64,000 nucleotides of DNA from an uncultured Enterobacteriaceae bacterium. GTDB lineage: Bacteria; Myxococcota_A; UBA9042. This document shows, piece after piece, positions 11,866 through 21,882 of this stretch (positions within the stretch are counted from its first letter, which is position 1; each line of letters starts with the position of its first letter). Under the pieces are notes generated by a model. That model worked only from the letters and a program-made list of their open reading frames with translations, was not told the origin of the DNA and did not search any database. The stretch lies in the NCBI GenBank assembly GCA_964356325.1, contig CAYHHL010000001.1:57246-121245 (forward strand). Reading direction: 5' to 3'. A program made the translations under genes and the position numbers.

Positions 11866-13380
11866 TCAGCGTGTCGGCGGATACGGCGGCGGCGGCGGAA
11901 TGCCCGGCGAGTCCATGGTCACCTGATGCGCCTGGAACAGGTTGACACCACGCAACTTGTGCAACTTGTCCGCGGCGTCCTGCAGGATGCGCTGGACCTC
12001 GGCTCGACGGTTTGGTACGTAGGTCAGCGAGATCGAGGACATTTCTAGCGTTTCAGCGGTCACGCCTTCGACGCCACGTTTCAAGAAGTCCGCGGCCTCC
12101 TGGCAGTTCGCGAACCGATCCTCGCGTCGCTTCTGCGTGCTGATATGGATGAACTGCGCGATGTCTTCAGGAATTTCTGGATCGAGGAGGCGCGGATCCG
12201 GCATGGCCTCGGTCATGTGCATGCCGAACAGGGCTTGGACGTCATCGGCGACGAACGGCAACTCTTGCGTGCTCAGCTCGTACGCCATGATGCCCAGCGA
12301 ATACAGGTCACTACGCCCGTCCAGCTGCTGCGCCATGATCTGTTCGGGGCTCATGTAGTAAGGCGTGCCGATGACCTTGCCGTCGCCCTCGGTCGCACTG
12401 CCCACCTGCACTGCGATGCCAAAGTCCAACAACTTCACGCGCTTTTCGGCGGTCAGGAACGCGTTCGAGGGCTTGATGTCGCGGTGGATGAGGCCGCGCT
12501 CGTGCGAGTAGGCCAGCGCCGTCGCGATCTCGATCAGGATGCGCCGCACCAGCGACCACTCCAGGCGCTCGCCCCGATCGACGACGTCCTCCAACAGGGT
12601 GCCGCTCAACTTCTCCATGACGATGAAGTGCGTGCCGTACGCCTTTTCCGTGTCCAGAACCCGAACGATGTTCTCGTGGTTCAACTGGGCGACCATGCGC
12701 CCTTCACGGCCGAAATTCTCCGCGAACGCCGGGTCGAACACCATCGCGTGTGACAGCATCTTGAGGGCGACCGGAATGCCCAGGGTCGGGTGCATCGCTT
12801 CGAACACCGTCGCCATGCCGCCCGAGCCAAGTCGGCCCAACACCTCGTATTTGCCGACCTTGCGGATGCCTTTCGCTTCCAACAACCGTTCGCCGACCAG
12901 CGTCGTCAGGAAGCGCGCGGCCTGGGGATTCCTCGCGCACAGTTCATCCAGCGTCTTCTGGCCCACCCGCAGCGCGCGCACTTCGGTGACCGCGAGCACC
13001 GTGGCATTGCGCAACTCCTGCGTAACCAAGGACATTTCGCCGAGGATGGCCGGCGATCGGATGAGTCGCTCGAACGTGACCTCGCCCTCGTCGTTGCGCA
13101 CCACGACGTTGACCGTGCCCTCGTCGAGCACGAACATCTCGTGGCCCATCGCGCCTTGCCGCATCAGTTCGAAGCCGGGCTTGAACGTGACCGGTTCCAT
13201 GGCTTCGCGCAGAAGCGCCGTGCTCTCCTGGCCCAAGCTCGAGAAGATCGGCAGTGAAGCCCAGGAACGCCCGGCCTGCGGGACGACGGGCGGCGTGAAC
13301 CCTGCAGACTTGCGCAGGATTTGCGTTGCGGCGTTATCCGTTTGCGAAGATGCGCCGGGCTGGGGATTCGAGGAAGTCAT
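11866..13380 (-). CDS. Ser/Thr protein kinase with an N-terminal cyclic-nucleotide-binding domain.
   Basis: The cNMP-binding segment ...GEMSL...RNATVLA... is followed by the kinase motifs VALKML, HRDIKPSN, DFGIA and GTPYYMSPEQ. Confidence 0.85.
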   Translation of the reverse strand: MTSSNPQPGASSQTDNAATQILRKSAGFTPPVVPQAGRSWASLPIFSSLGQESTALLREAMEPVTFKPGFELMRQGAMGHEMFVLDEGTVNVVVRNDEGEVTFERLIRSPAILGEMSLVTQELRNATVLAVTEVRALRVGQKTLDELCARNPQAARFLTTLVGERLLEAKGIRKVGKYEVLGRLGSGGMATVFEAMHPTLGIPVALKMLSHAMVFDPAFAENFGREGRMVAQLNHENIVRVLDTEKAYGTHFIVMEKLSGTLLEDVVDRGERLEWSLVRRILIEIATALAYSHERGLIHRDIKPSNAFLTAEKRVKLLDFGIAVQVGSATEGDGKVIGTPYYMSPEQIMAQQLDGRSDLYSLGIMAYELSTQELPFVADDVQALFGMHMTEAMPDPRLLDPEIPEDIAQFIHISTQKRREDRFANCQEAADFLKRGVEGVTAETLEMSSISLTYVPNRRAEVQRILQDAADKLHKLRGVNLFQAHQVTMDSPGIPPPPPYPPTR

Positions 13381-13470
13381 CGGGCGCCCACGCGAAGAGA
13401 CCGGCGGCGTGCCAGTGGGCGGACTTGTAGCGCGGCCGACCCGCAGCGGCAAGCGCGAAGGCCTGCCTTG

Positions 13471-14922
13471 TCAAGCCCCGAACGCCAGACCGCCGTCGCA
13501 ACGCAGCGTCTGCCCGGTGACCCCGCGGGAATCGGGGCCGGCCAGGAAGCACGCCAGTTCCGCGACGTCGCGCGGTTCGCCCGGCTGCAGCAACGCCGTC
13601 AATTGCCTGGCCATTTCGCGATTGAACATCGGTAGGTGCGCAGTCATGTCGGTCAGGATGAAGCCCGGCGCGATCGCGTTGGCCCGCACGCCGCGCTCCA
13701 CGCCCGCCTTGGCCCACCGCCGCGACAGGGCGAGGACCGCCGCCTTGGCCGCCGTGTAGTTGGCCTGGCCGAAGTTGCCGGCGATGCCCATGACCGAACT
13801 CATCAGCACGAGCGACGCGCCCGGTTGCAGCAAGGGATCCAGTGCCGCCTGCACCCGCACCATCGCGCCGAAGTCGACCTGCAGCACCAGACGCCACTGT
13901 GCGAGACTCATCTTGCGTAGGGTCTTGTCCCGTGTGATTCCAGCGTTATGGACCACGATGTCGACCTTGCCCACGCTCATCGCGTCGGCGATCGCCTGGG
14001 CTCCCGCCTGCGTGCCGATGTCCGCGCCGACGAAATGCGCCGAACCGCCGGCCGCACGAATCGCCGCGACCACCGGATCCGCCACCGACGCTGCGGCGGA
14101 CAGGTCATTGATCCACACTTCCGCGCCATCTGCAGCCAAACGCTGGGCAATCGCCGCGCCAATGCCGCGCGCACCGCCCGTCACCAGTGCGACCTTGCCC
14201 GCCAGCTTCAGCGGACCCGACACTGGGCTCGGCGGCCCCACGCTCAAGTGCAAGGTCAGGTCCAAAGCGGTCAGGAACGCTGCGCGCGGGCCCGCCAGCC
14301 AGGCCGCCACCGCTGCCAGGGATTCCGGCTCGGTGCCGCCTTGACGCAGCAGGTGTACGGTAATCGCCTGTCGTCCCAGTTCCTTGTGCGCTGAACGGAT
14401 GGCGCCCGTCGCCACCGCCTGCAGCAAAGGTCCCTGTCCCTCGTGCAGATCGTCGCCCAGCACCAGCAGCACCCGACTGTTGCGCGGCAGGTGCGCTGCC
14501 GTGTGCAAGGCCGCGAACAAACGATCCGTTTCGCCGTTGCGCCCCGGATCGGCGTCGTCGATCGGCAACAGCCGGTGCACCAGCAGCACGGGGCCCGTCC
14601 GCGCCGCCGCATCCTGGCTTTTGACCGCGGCCAGCAGCGTGTCCGGCAGTTCACCCTGCCAGGGCTCGTGCCGCGCGCCTTCGGGTAACTGCCTGCAGGG
14701 ATGGGGATCACAAACGGTCAGTTGCGCGCCCGCTGCCTGCAAGCGCACCGCCACCGCCAGGTCGAGATCGTCGTGCAGACGCGTCAGCACCGCGCGCATG
14801 CCGGCCAGCTCCCGATCGTGGCTCGGACCGTCGCCTCGCTTCAGCGGTGTCGGCAGCGCGATCGGCAGGGGCAACAGCGATAGCACCGCGCGCACGCGGG
14901 GATCCAGGCTCCAGTCAGGCAT
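13471..14922 (-). CDS. Two-domain short-chain dehydrogenase/reductase: a FabG-like catalytic domain preceded by a KR-like N-terminal subdomain.
   Basis: The C-terminal half carries TGGARGIGAAIA, NAG, the S...YTAAK triad and PG. The N-terminal ~220 aa has no clear motif. Confidence 0.75.
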   Translation of the reverse strand: MPDWSLDPRVRAVLSLLPLPIALPTPLKRGDGPSHDRELAGMRAVLTRLHDDLDLAVAVRLQAAGAQLTVCDPHPCRQLPEGARHEPWQGELPDTLLAAVKSQDAAARTGPVLLVHRLLPIDDADPGRNGETDRLFAALHTAAHLPRNSRVLLVLGDDLHEGQGPLLQAVATGAIRSAHKELGRQAITVHLLRQGGTEPESLAAVAAWLAGPRAAFLTALDLTLHLSVGPPSPVSGPLKLAGKVALVTGGARGIGAAIAQRLAADGAEVWINDLSAAASVADPVVAAIRAAGGSAHFVGADIGTQAGAQAIADAMSVGKVDIVVHNAGITRDKTLRKMSLAQWRLVLQVDFGAMVRVQAALDPLLQPGASLVLMSSVMGIAGNFGQANYTAAKAAVLALSRRWAKAGVERGVRANAIAPGFILTDMTAHLPMFNREMARQLTALLQPGEPRDVAELACFLAGPDSRGVTGQTLRCDGGLAFGA

Positions 14923-15086
14923 CGCGGTCTCCAGCTTGAGGCGGCCATCGAAGTGCGGTCGCGGAATGCGGCGAGTCTGCGCCACCGTAGCCGCGGTCGA
15001 CAAGCCGGGCTCTCGAAACGCTGCCGCAAGCTCCGCTTGACGAGCCGCGCTGCCGGGTCCACGGTTCCAATCCATCTGGCCGAGCC

Positions 15087-16931
15087 GTGGCCGCCGAGCC
15101 GTACCCCATGCCTGATCGCAAAGTTGCGCCACTGCCGCTCCAGCCAGCCCTGCCGACCTCTGGGGCAGTTGCCTCGTCCGATCCAGGGGATGGCGCGACG
15201 CGGCCCCTGGTTCGTGGCGCCGCTCCACCGGCCGCCGTGCCCCACGCCAAGGCGCCTGCGCTCGCGGCCTTGGAGATGCCGGTGCCGACGATTCCGATGC
15301 GGCCGATCGCCCAGGAAACGCGTGGCGTTTCGCGAATCGACTTCGTGTCGGGCCGGACGCTCTCGGGGCGCTACGTCATGGTCGAGAAGTTGGGCGAGGG
15401 CGGCATGGGCACCGTCTACCTGGCGGAAGATCTGCTGCTTCGGCGCCGGGTTGCGCTCAAGACTCTGTGGACCGACGACGCCTACGATCCCGGCGACATC
15501 GAACGCTTCCGCAAGGAGGTCTCGCTCGCCCACGCGGTGAATCACGCCAACGTCGCGCGAACTTACGATCTCGGCGAAGCGGACGGCGTGCAGTACATCG
15601 CCATGGAGCACCTGAAGGGCCAAACGCTGATGGCGCGCATCAAGAAAGGGCCGCCGCTGACCAGCCAGGAGGTGCGCGATCTGGCGGTGCCCTTGTGTCG
15701 CGGACTTCGGGCGGCGCACGAGGTCGGCGTGGTGCACCGAGATCTGAAACCGGCCAACGTGATGCTGGTGGAGGACGAAAGACGCGTCGTGATCATGGAC
15801 TTCGGCATCGGTCGATCGATTGGCGACGCGGACGAGCCCAAGGCGACCGAAGGCGCTGCTCGCGATCGACCAACCGGAGCGTGGGACGTGACTTCCGCGG
15901 GGCTGGGCACGCCGGCGTACATGGCGCCCGAGCAGTGGGATGAACAGAGCGGCGACCAACGTACTGATATCTATGCGTTGGGCGTGATACTGTACGTGGC
16001 ATTGACCAACCAGGCGCCCTATTCGGCGGACACGGCGGCAGCCCTGGCCGAACAGCACCGCAGCGCGCCGATTCCAGACGTGGGTGCGATCGCCAAAGGC
16101 GTGCCCAAGGACCTGGCTTTGCTGATCCGCGACTGCCTGGCGAAGAAGCCCGCCGATCGGCCGCAGACGATGGAGGAGGTGCTGGAACGGCTGGAGCGCC
16201 CGTCGCTGCGCCGCAAGTACTTGGGAGATCTGCTGATTGCCGCGCTGGGGACGGCGATCGCGGCGTTCGTGCTGGCCTCGGCGATCTACACTGTGGCGGA
16301 ACGGGCGCTGTTGCGCGAGATGCGGCCGGCGCTCGTGCGCTTGGCCCAACTGCTGGCGCACGACATCGATGTGAACGATCTGGACCAGGTGCACACGCCG
16401 CAAGACGTGAAGGGGCCGGCGTTCGCCCGCGTGCACGATGCCATGGCGCGGTGGTACAGCCCTGATATCAGCGATCTGTATACGATGCAGAAGACCGCCA
16501 AGCCCGGGCACTTCACCGTGGCGGTCGATTGGCGGCCGGGCGATTTCGATACGGACGGTGACGGCGAAATCTCTCTGAGCGAGAAGGGGTTTCCGCCTGG
16601 TTCGCCCTACGACGGCACGATGTTCCCAGCGATGGTGCAAACGAGTGTGAGCGGCAAGCCGCAGGCGGACGAGAACTTCGCGCAGGACCAGTTCGCGGTC
16701 TCGCTGTCGGCTTACGCGCCCGTGCTGCGACAGGGCAAGGCTTCGGAGTACTTCGTGGGGGTGGACATGCCAAACGTGCAGTTGTCCGAGCTCAAGCTGC
16801 GCCTGGTGATCGTCCTGTGCGGCGCGTGGCTGGGTGGCCTGGCGGTGCTGGCCTTCGTGCTCGATCCGCAGCGGCGGCGCCGGCATGCGCTCAAGACCAT
16901 GGTGAAGGCCAAGGAACGGGCGGTGCTGTGA
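15087..16931 (+). CDS. Membrane-anchored Ser/Thr protein kinase with a Pro-rich N-terminus. An alternative start lies at 15276.
   Basis: Kinase motifs present are GEGGMGTVY, VALKTL, HRDLKPANVML, DFGIGRS and GTPAYMAPEQ. There are two predicted TM helices after the kinase domain. Confidence 0.8.
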   Translation: MAAEPYPMPDRKVAPLPLQPALPTSGAVASSDPGDGATRPLVRGAAPPAAVPHAKAPALAALEMPVPTIPMRPIAQETRGVSRIDFVSGRTLSGRYVMVEKLGEGGMGTVYLAEDLLLRRRVALKTLWTDDAYDPGDIERFRKEVSLAHAVNHANVARTYDLGEADGVQYIAMEHLKGQTLMARIKKGPPLTSQEVRDLAVPLCRGLRAAHEVGVVHRDLKPANVMLVEDERRVVIMDFGIGRSIGDADEPKATEGAARDRPTGAWDVTSAGLGTPAYMAPEQWDEQSGDQRTDIYALGVILYVALTNQAPYSADTAAALAEQHRSAPIPDVGAIAKGVPKDLALLIRDCLAKKPADRPQTMEEVLERLERPSLRRKYLGDLLIAALGTAIAAFVLASAIYTVAERALLREMRPALVRLAQLLAHDIDVNDLDQVHTPQDVKGPAFARVHDAMARWYSPDISDLYTMQKTAKPGHFTVAVDWRPGDFDTDGDGEISLSEKGFPPGSPYDGTMFPAMVQTSVSGKPQADENFAQDQFAVSLSAYAPVLRQGKASEYFVGVDMPNVQLSELKLRLVIVLCGAWLGGLAVLAFVLDPQRRRRHALKTMVKAKERAVL

Positions 16932-17114
16932 AGCAAGCTTCGTGTGAACGACCGTCCCGGCCCGGCGCCGATCGGACGTGCCTGGTGAATAGATGGGCCC
17001 GCTTGGGCGCTTCTGTATTTGACCGTCGCCCACGCCGCAGCCACAATCCAGGGCGGCTTTGACGGCTCGGCGCCCTCAAACGGCTTTTTCCCCAGCCTTT
17101 CCAAGGAGTTCTCG

Positions 17115-17411
17115 ATGAAGATGACGACGATGCTCAAGACGCTGGGCGTAGCTGTCCTCGGCCTTGCAGTCGGCGCGACCGCGGCAAGTGCCACCCCTGA
17201 CCACAGCGCCGAGGCCGGCAAGGCCGGTTGCGGTGGCAAGGGCGGCTGCGGCGGTTCCGGCGGGTGCGGCGGCAAGGACGCAAAGGCCGGCGACAAGGCC
17301 AAGGCCGACAAGGGCGCCAAGAAGGCCGACGACAAGAAGGCCGACGACAAGAAGCCCGAGGCCGACAAGAAGCCCGAGGCCGACAAGACGCCGGAAGCCC
17401 CGAAGAAGTAA
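17115..17411 (+). CDS. Small secreted protein of 98 aa with a G-C-G-G repeat block and a Lys/Asp/Glu-rich tail.
   Basis: AAGGAG lies 7 nt upstream of the ATG. The signal peptide is MKMTTMLKTLGVAVLGLAVGATAASA. The repeat block reads GCGGKGGCGGSGGCGGK, and the tail contains KADDKK and KKPEADK repeats. A hairpin terminator follows. Confidence 0.6.
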   Translation: MKMTTMLKTLGVAVLGLAVGATAASATPDHSAEAGKAGCGGKGGCGGSGGCGGKDAKAGDKAKADKGAKKADDKKADDKKPEADKKPEADKTPEAPKK

Positions 17412-17440
17412 GTCTTCTTTCCTGGCATTCAAAAAACATG

Positions 17441-17487
17441 GACCGGGGTCGCCGTGGTGACATGGCGGCCCCGGTCGTCGTTTTGCG
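17441..17487 (+). terminator. Putative rho-independent terminator after the small secreted protein gene.
   Basis: The stem is GACCGGGGTCGCC...GGCGGCCCCGGTC (13 bp with one mismatch). It is followed by GTCGTTTTGCG and preceded by an A-run. Confidence 0.5.
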
Positions 17488-17546
17488 CGCTGCGGCAAAC
17501 TAATCGAATTGACCCGGTGTTCGCCCTGCCGCATCCTCCCTGGCCC

Positions 17547-18827
17547 ATGACGCAAACCTCGCCCGCCCCCAAGCCCTTGCCCGATCTCGGACCGTTGCCC
17601 GCGATGCTCGAAGCCCACGTGCGCGCGCGCTACACGCCCAACCGCATGACGCACAGCCGCGCGCCCCTGGCGGACATCCACCGGGAGGCGCTGCTCGAAC
17701 TCTCCGAGATGTTCACCAGTGATCGCGAGGCCTTGCCTGCAGGCTACCTGACCAAGCCGCGGTTCCGGGGCGCGTACCTGCTGTACTTCGTGCCGACGGG
17801 CGTGGCGACGACGCTTGCGGTGCTGCGATCCGCCCGCCTGCTCGATCGTCCGTTCGAACCGGGTTCGACGCTGCGTGTGCTCGACCTCGGCGCGGGGCCC
17901 CTGACCGCGAGTCTGGCCGTCGCCCTCGCACTGCCGCCGGACGTGCGCCTGGAAGTGGTCGCCATCGACGGTGCGTTGCCGATTCTCGAGGACGGCAGGG
18001 CGCTGATGCAGGCGGTGCGGCCGGGCACGACGGTGCGGCTCATCGACGGCAATCTTCGCGACGGCCGGACCTTGAACGCCGCGGGTGTCGGCTTCGATCT
18101 GATCCTGATGGCCAACATCCTGAACGAATGGGCGGTAGGCGGTCGCAAGCAGCAGTCACCGGGTGAATTCGCCGGCAAGGTCATAGCCGAACGGTTGGCG
18201 TCGGGCGGCGCGGCGGTGTTGATCGAGCCGGGTACCCGCAGCGGTTCGCACCATCTGATCGAAGTGCGTGAACAGATTCTGGAAGTGGGTCCCGAAGTGG
18301 CGATCCTGGCACCGTGCATGGGTCGCGCGCCGTGCCCGATGGCCGGCTCGATGCGCGATTGGTGTCACAGCGAGCAAGCCTGGACGCGGCCGACGTTGGT
18401 GACCGAACTGGACGAGGCGATCGGCCACCGGCGCAGCACGCTGAAGTTCAGCTACCTGGTGGTCGGCGACCGGCCACAGCCCAAGGTGAACCCCGCGAAA
18501 TTCCGCGTGATTGGTGGGCCGATGCGCGCCGACGGGCTGTTTCGCCGCTACCTGTGCGGGCCGAACGGCCGTCTGGTCGCGACATGGCCCGACAACCAAA
18601 CGCCGACGGCCCTTCGCGATGCGTGGCGCGGGGATACCGTGATCGTCGAGGGGCAGGTGCGCGACGAGGCGCGGGGCCGGCGGACCGAGCGGATGCTGGT
18701 CCCGTTGGGCGGACAGAAGCCACCGAGTCCACGCCAGAATCGTCCGCAGGGTGAACGACCGGAGCCGCGATCGCCCATGCCGCCTCCGCCCCGGGGCAAG
18801 CCTCGCCCGCCACGGCGAACTCCTTGA
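17547..18827 (+). CDS. SAM-dependent methyltransferase, Rsm22-like, with a Pro/Arg-rich C-terminal tail.
   Basis: Methyltransferase motif I reads VLDLGAGPLTASLA. A Cys cluster LAPCMGRAPCPMAGSMRDWCH sits downstream as in Rsm22-family proteins. Confidence 0.5.
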   Translation: MTQTSPAPKPLPDLGPLPAMLEAHVRARYTPNRMTHSRAPLADIHREALLELSEMFTSDREALPAGYLTKPRFRGAYLLYFVPTGVATTLAVLRSARLLDRPFEPGSTLRVLDLGAGPLTASLAVALALPPDVRLEVVAIDGALPILEDGRALMQAVRPGTTVRLIDGNLRDGRTLNAAGVGFDLILMANILNEWAVGGRKQQSPGEFAGKVIAERLASGGAAVLIEPGTRSGSHHLIEVREQILEVGPEVAILAPCMGRAPCPMAGSMRDWCHSEQAWTRPTLVTELDEAIGHRRSTLKFSYLVVGDRPQPKVNPAKFRVIGGPMRADGLFRRYLCGPNGRLVATWPDNQTPTALRDAWRGDTVIVEGQVRDEARGRRTERMLVPLGGQKPPSPRQNRPQGERPEPRSPMPPPPRGKPRPPRRTP

Positions 18828-18939
18828 CTCTGCGCGCGACCTGAGCGGGTTGGCATCCCGCGCCCGGCCAAGGTATCCTGCCGCCGGCGTTCGATCGGGC
18901 GCCACGCCTCCTTCCCTGGGAGCCACGTTCAGGAGTTCC

Positions 18940-21882
18940 ATGCGCCATCCAGTCGTGGTCTTCGCCGTTTCCTGCGTTTTTGCAGGCGCTTGCGGCACCG
19001 TCACCGTCACGCCCGAAGATGCGGCAGGCGATGCGCCCCAGGCCGATAGCGCCGACATCGCGGTCGTGTCGGACGTCGGATCGGATGCGACGCCCGGGCA
19101 GGACACTTCCGGTCTAGCCTGCCAGATCGACACCGACTGCCTCGCGATGAAGGGCAAGACGCCGTGCAACCTGCCGGTTTGCGAGGCCAAGGTCTGCAAG
19201 CTCTCGTTGCGCAAGGAAAAGGAGAAGTGCATCAATCCGCTGGATCCCGCGGGCGACTGCGAGGAAGCGACGTGCAGCGCGGACGGCAAGTGCAACAAGG
19301 CGCCGCTGAAGGACTTGAGCAAGTGCATCGGCTCCGTGGTCAACTGCGGCAAGCTGTGCAAGCAAGGCCAGTGCGTGGTTGCCACGACCGAGGACTACGA
19401 CGACAAGAACCCGTGCACCAACGACTTCTGCGATCAGGGCCAGGCCGTCCTGCACACGCCTATCACCGACTTGGGCAAGCTTTGCGACGACGGCGATTCC
19501 TGTACCACTGGCGACGCTTGCGTGACCGGCAAGTGCCAGGGCCAGGTGCAGTCCTGCGACGACAACATCCCGTGTACGACTGATACCTGTGACAAAGCAA
19601 AGGGTTGCGTGCACACCGGAGTCGCCGCCAAGTGCAACGACAGCAACGTTTGCACCAAGGACGCCTGCGATCTCGCGGTGGGCTGCACTGTGGCCGGCTT
19701 CGAACTCGCGAAAGCTTGCGACGATGGCAACTCCTGCACCAAGAATGACTTTTGTGCCGCGGGCGCGTGCGTCAGCAAGGAACTCACTTGCAACTGCAGC
19801 AACGACGCCGACTGCGTGCAGTTCAACCCGACTATCTCGGCCTGCCTGGGCAAGTTCAAGTGCACGATCGGCGACCCCAAGGTGCCCGGCAAGTGCACGC
19901 TGGACCCCGCGAGCGCCGTCAAGTGCGTCACGACCAGCGATACTGCTTGCGTAAAGAATACTTGCGATGCGACTTCGGGCCAATGCTCGCCCCAGCCGGT
20001 CAAGGATGGCCTGGAGTGCGACGACGACAACAAGTGCACCAGCAAGTCCACCTGTCAGAAAGGCGGCTGCGCGGGAACTCCGGACCAGGCTTGCGACGAC
20101 AAGAACCCTTGTACGACAGATGTTTGTGACGCAGAGATCGGCTGCACGTCCACTGCCAACGCCAGCCCGTGCAACGACGCGAACGCGTGCACCGAGAAGG
20201 ACACCTGCGGATCGGGCGTGTGCAGCGGCGTGGCCAAGCAACCGCCGTGCGCGGACGAAATCCCTTGCACCATCGACAAGTGCGACCCGGCCAGCGGCGA
20301 CTGCTCGCACAAGCTGGACAACACGGCATGCGATGACGGCAACCCCTGCACGCTGGACTCGTGCAAGCTGGGCAGCGGGTGCGCGCAGGCTGCCAACGAT
20401 ACGGGCGCTTGCACCGACGGCAACGAATGCACCAAGGACGCGTGCCTGGAAGGCAAGTGCGTCTCGACCGTGACCTGCAAGTGCCAGGGCGACCAGGAAT
20501 GCAACGACAACAACCCTTGCACCGCGGATACTTGCCAGAACGGCCAGTGCGTCGCCAAGGCCACGGACGGAGGGGCGTGCGACACCGGCGACAAGTGCAT
20601 CCAGGCCGGAACGAGCCTCTGCCAGGCCGGCACCTGCAAAGGCGGCACGTTCATCCAATGCAGCGGCACTGGCGACGCTTGCAATGCGGCCGCCTGCAAC
20701 TCCTTGAGTGGAAAGTGCGAAACCGTTTCGAAGGGCGATGGCACTGCCTGCGACGCGGACAACAGCGGCTGCACGACCTCGGATGCCTGCCAAGGCGGCA
20801 AGTGCGTGCCGGGGCCGAAGGTGACGTGCGCTACAGTGGATCCATGCATGATCTCCACGTGCAAGTCGACGGGCGGGAGCGAGCACACCTGCGTCACCGC
20901 GACCAAACCGGTCAACACGCCGTGCGAGGATGGCAAGGTCTGCAGCCAGAACGACTTCTGCGATTCCGCGGGCAAATGCCAACCGGGCGCACCGATGCCT
21001 TGCCCGGGCAGCACTTGCCTCACGGGCGCGTGCTCCGAAACGACCAAGGGCTGCACCATGCAAGCGAAACTGAACGGCACCAAGTGTGATGACGGCCTGT
21101 TCTGCACCACGCAGGATACCTGCGACGGCACGGGCAAGTGCCTGAGCGGCCTGAAGTTGAAGTGCGAGGGCGCGCCGCCTTGCGGTCAGGGCACGTGCGA
21201 CGAGGCGGTCGACCAGTGCGTCGTGGTCTACCCGCCGCAATGCTGTGTCACCACCAGCATCAATTGCGACGACGGCATCAGTTGCAGCAAGGACTACTGC
21301 TCGGCTTCGACGGCGGGCACCCCCGGCCAGTGCATGCACGACCTGCAGACTACGTGCTGCAACCCATTGGCGTACACGTCCGCGTTCGACAAGGGCCTGC
21401 TGAACGGCTTGGAGATCGTCAACTCGACGGGAAGTACGTTGTGGGGCTGGCAGTTGCGCAACCAGTCGCCCATCGCCAACACCCCGCCCGGAGCGCTGTA
21501 CTACGGCGACGCGAAGGCCAACAACTTCGCGTTCAGCGGCGTGGCCAGCAAGGGCACCGCGACGACGCCGCCGATGAACCTGCCGGCCGGGACCGTGGTC
21601 ACGTTCAGCGTGTTCTTCGATACTGAGGCGGGCAATGGCTACGACAAGTTCCAGGTCTCCGCGGTGACCCAGGAAGGCAAGAAGTACCTGATCTGGGAGA
21701 AGACCGGCGGCACCGATCAGCTCAACGTCTGGCTGAAGATCAAGGCGCCCATCGAGACCGTGGCCGGCACCTTGCGCATCGAGTTCCTGTTCGACACCAC
21801 CGACAACGTCAACAACGCCACCAAGGGCGTCTTCCTCGACGACATCACGGTCAACGTCAAATGCGGGCCACCTGCCGGATGA
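18940..21882 (+). CDS. Giant lipoprotein of 980 aa built from many Myxococcus-type cysteine-rich repeats, with a C-terminal ~230-aa non-Cys domain.
   Basis: The signal MRHPVVVFAVSCVFAGACG is preceded by CAGGAG. More than 20 repeats of D-x-N-[PS]-C-T-x-D-x-C-D...G-C are present. The tail LNGLEIVNSTGSTLWGWQL... is beta-rich. Confidence 0.8.
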   Translation: MRHPVVVFAVSCVFAGACGTVTVTPEDAAGDAPQADSADIAVVSDVGSDATPGQDTSGLACQIDTDCLAMKGKTPCNLPVCEAKVCKLSLRKEKEKCINPLDPAGDCEEATCSADGKCNKAPLKDLSKCIGSVVNCGKLCKQGQCVVATTEDYDDKNPCTNDFCDQGQAVLHTPITDLGKLCDDGDSCTTGDACVTGKCQGQVQSCDDNIPCTTDTCDKAKGCVHTGVAAKCNDSNVCTKDACDLAVGCTVAGFELAKACDDGNSCTKNDFCAAGACVSKELTCNCSNDADCVQFNPTISACLGKFKCTIGDPKVPGKCTLDPASAVKCVTTSDTACVKNTCDATSGQCSPQPVKDGLECDDDNKCTSKSTCQKGGCAGTPDQACDDKNPCTTDVCDAEIGCTSTANASPCNDANACTEKDTCGSGVCSGVAKQPPCADEIPCTIDKCDPASGDCSHKLDNTACDDGNPCTLDSCKLGSGCAQAANDTGACTDGNECTKDACLEGKCVSTVTCKCQGDQECNDNNPCTADTCQNGQCVAKATDGGACDTGDKCIQAGTSLCQAGTCKGGTFIQCSGTGDACNAAACNSLSGKCETVSKGDGTACDADNSGCTTSDACQGGKCVPGPKVTCATVDPCMISTCKSTGGSEHTCVTATKPVNTPCEDGKVCSQNDFCDSAGKCQPGAPMPCPGSTCLTGACSETTKGCTMQAKLNGTKCDDGLFCTTQDTCDGTGKCLSGLKLKCEGAPPCGQGTCDEAVDQCVVVYPPQCCVTTSINCDDGISCSKDYCSASTAGTPGQCMHDLQTTCCNPLAYTSAFDKGLLNGLEIVNSTGSTLWGWQLRNQSPIANTPPGALYYGDAKANNFAFSGVASKGTATTPPMNLPAGTVVTFSVFFDTEAGNGYDKFQVSAVTQEGKKYLIWEKTGGTDQLNVWLKIKAPIETVAGTLRIEFLFDTTDNVNNATKGVFLDDITVNVKCGPPAG

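Noticed and set aside
14841-17033. Minus-strand ORF of 730 aa, together with many other long ORFs. Examples are 39..1457(+), 2425..4488(-), 4115..5869(-), 19114..21339(-), 24018..25451(-), 26381..27847(-), 28630..30087(-), 34164..36437(+), 48723..50138(-) and 61860..63917(-).
   Set aside because: Each lies antisense or out of frame to a confidently identified gene with clear family motifs. Their translations are Arg/Ala/Gly-rich low-complexity strings typical of wrong-frame reading in ~70% GC DNA. None has a plausible RBS or recognisable motifs.
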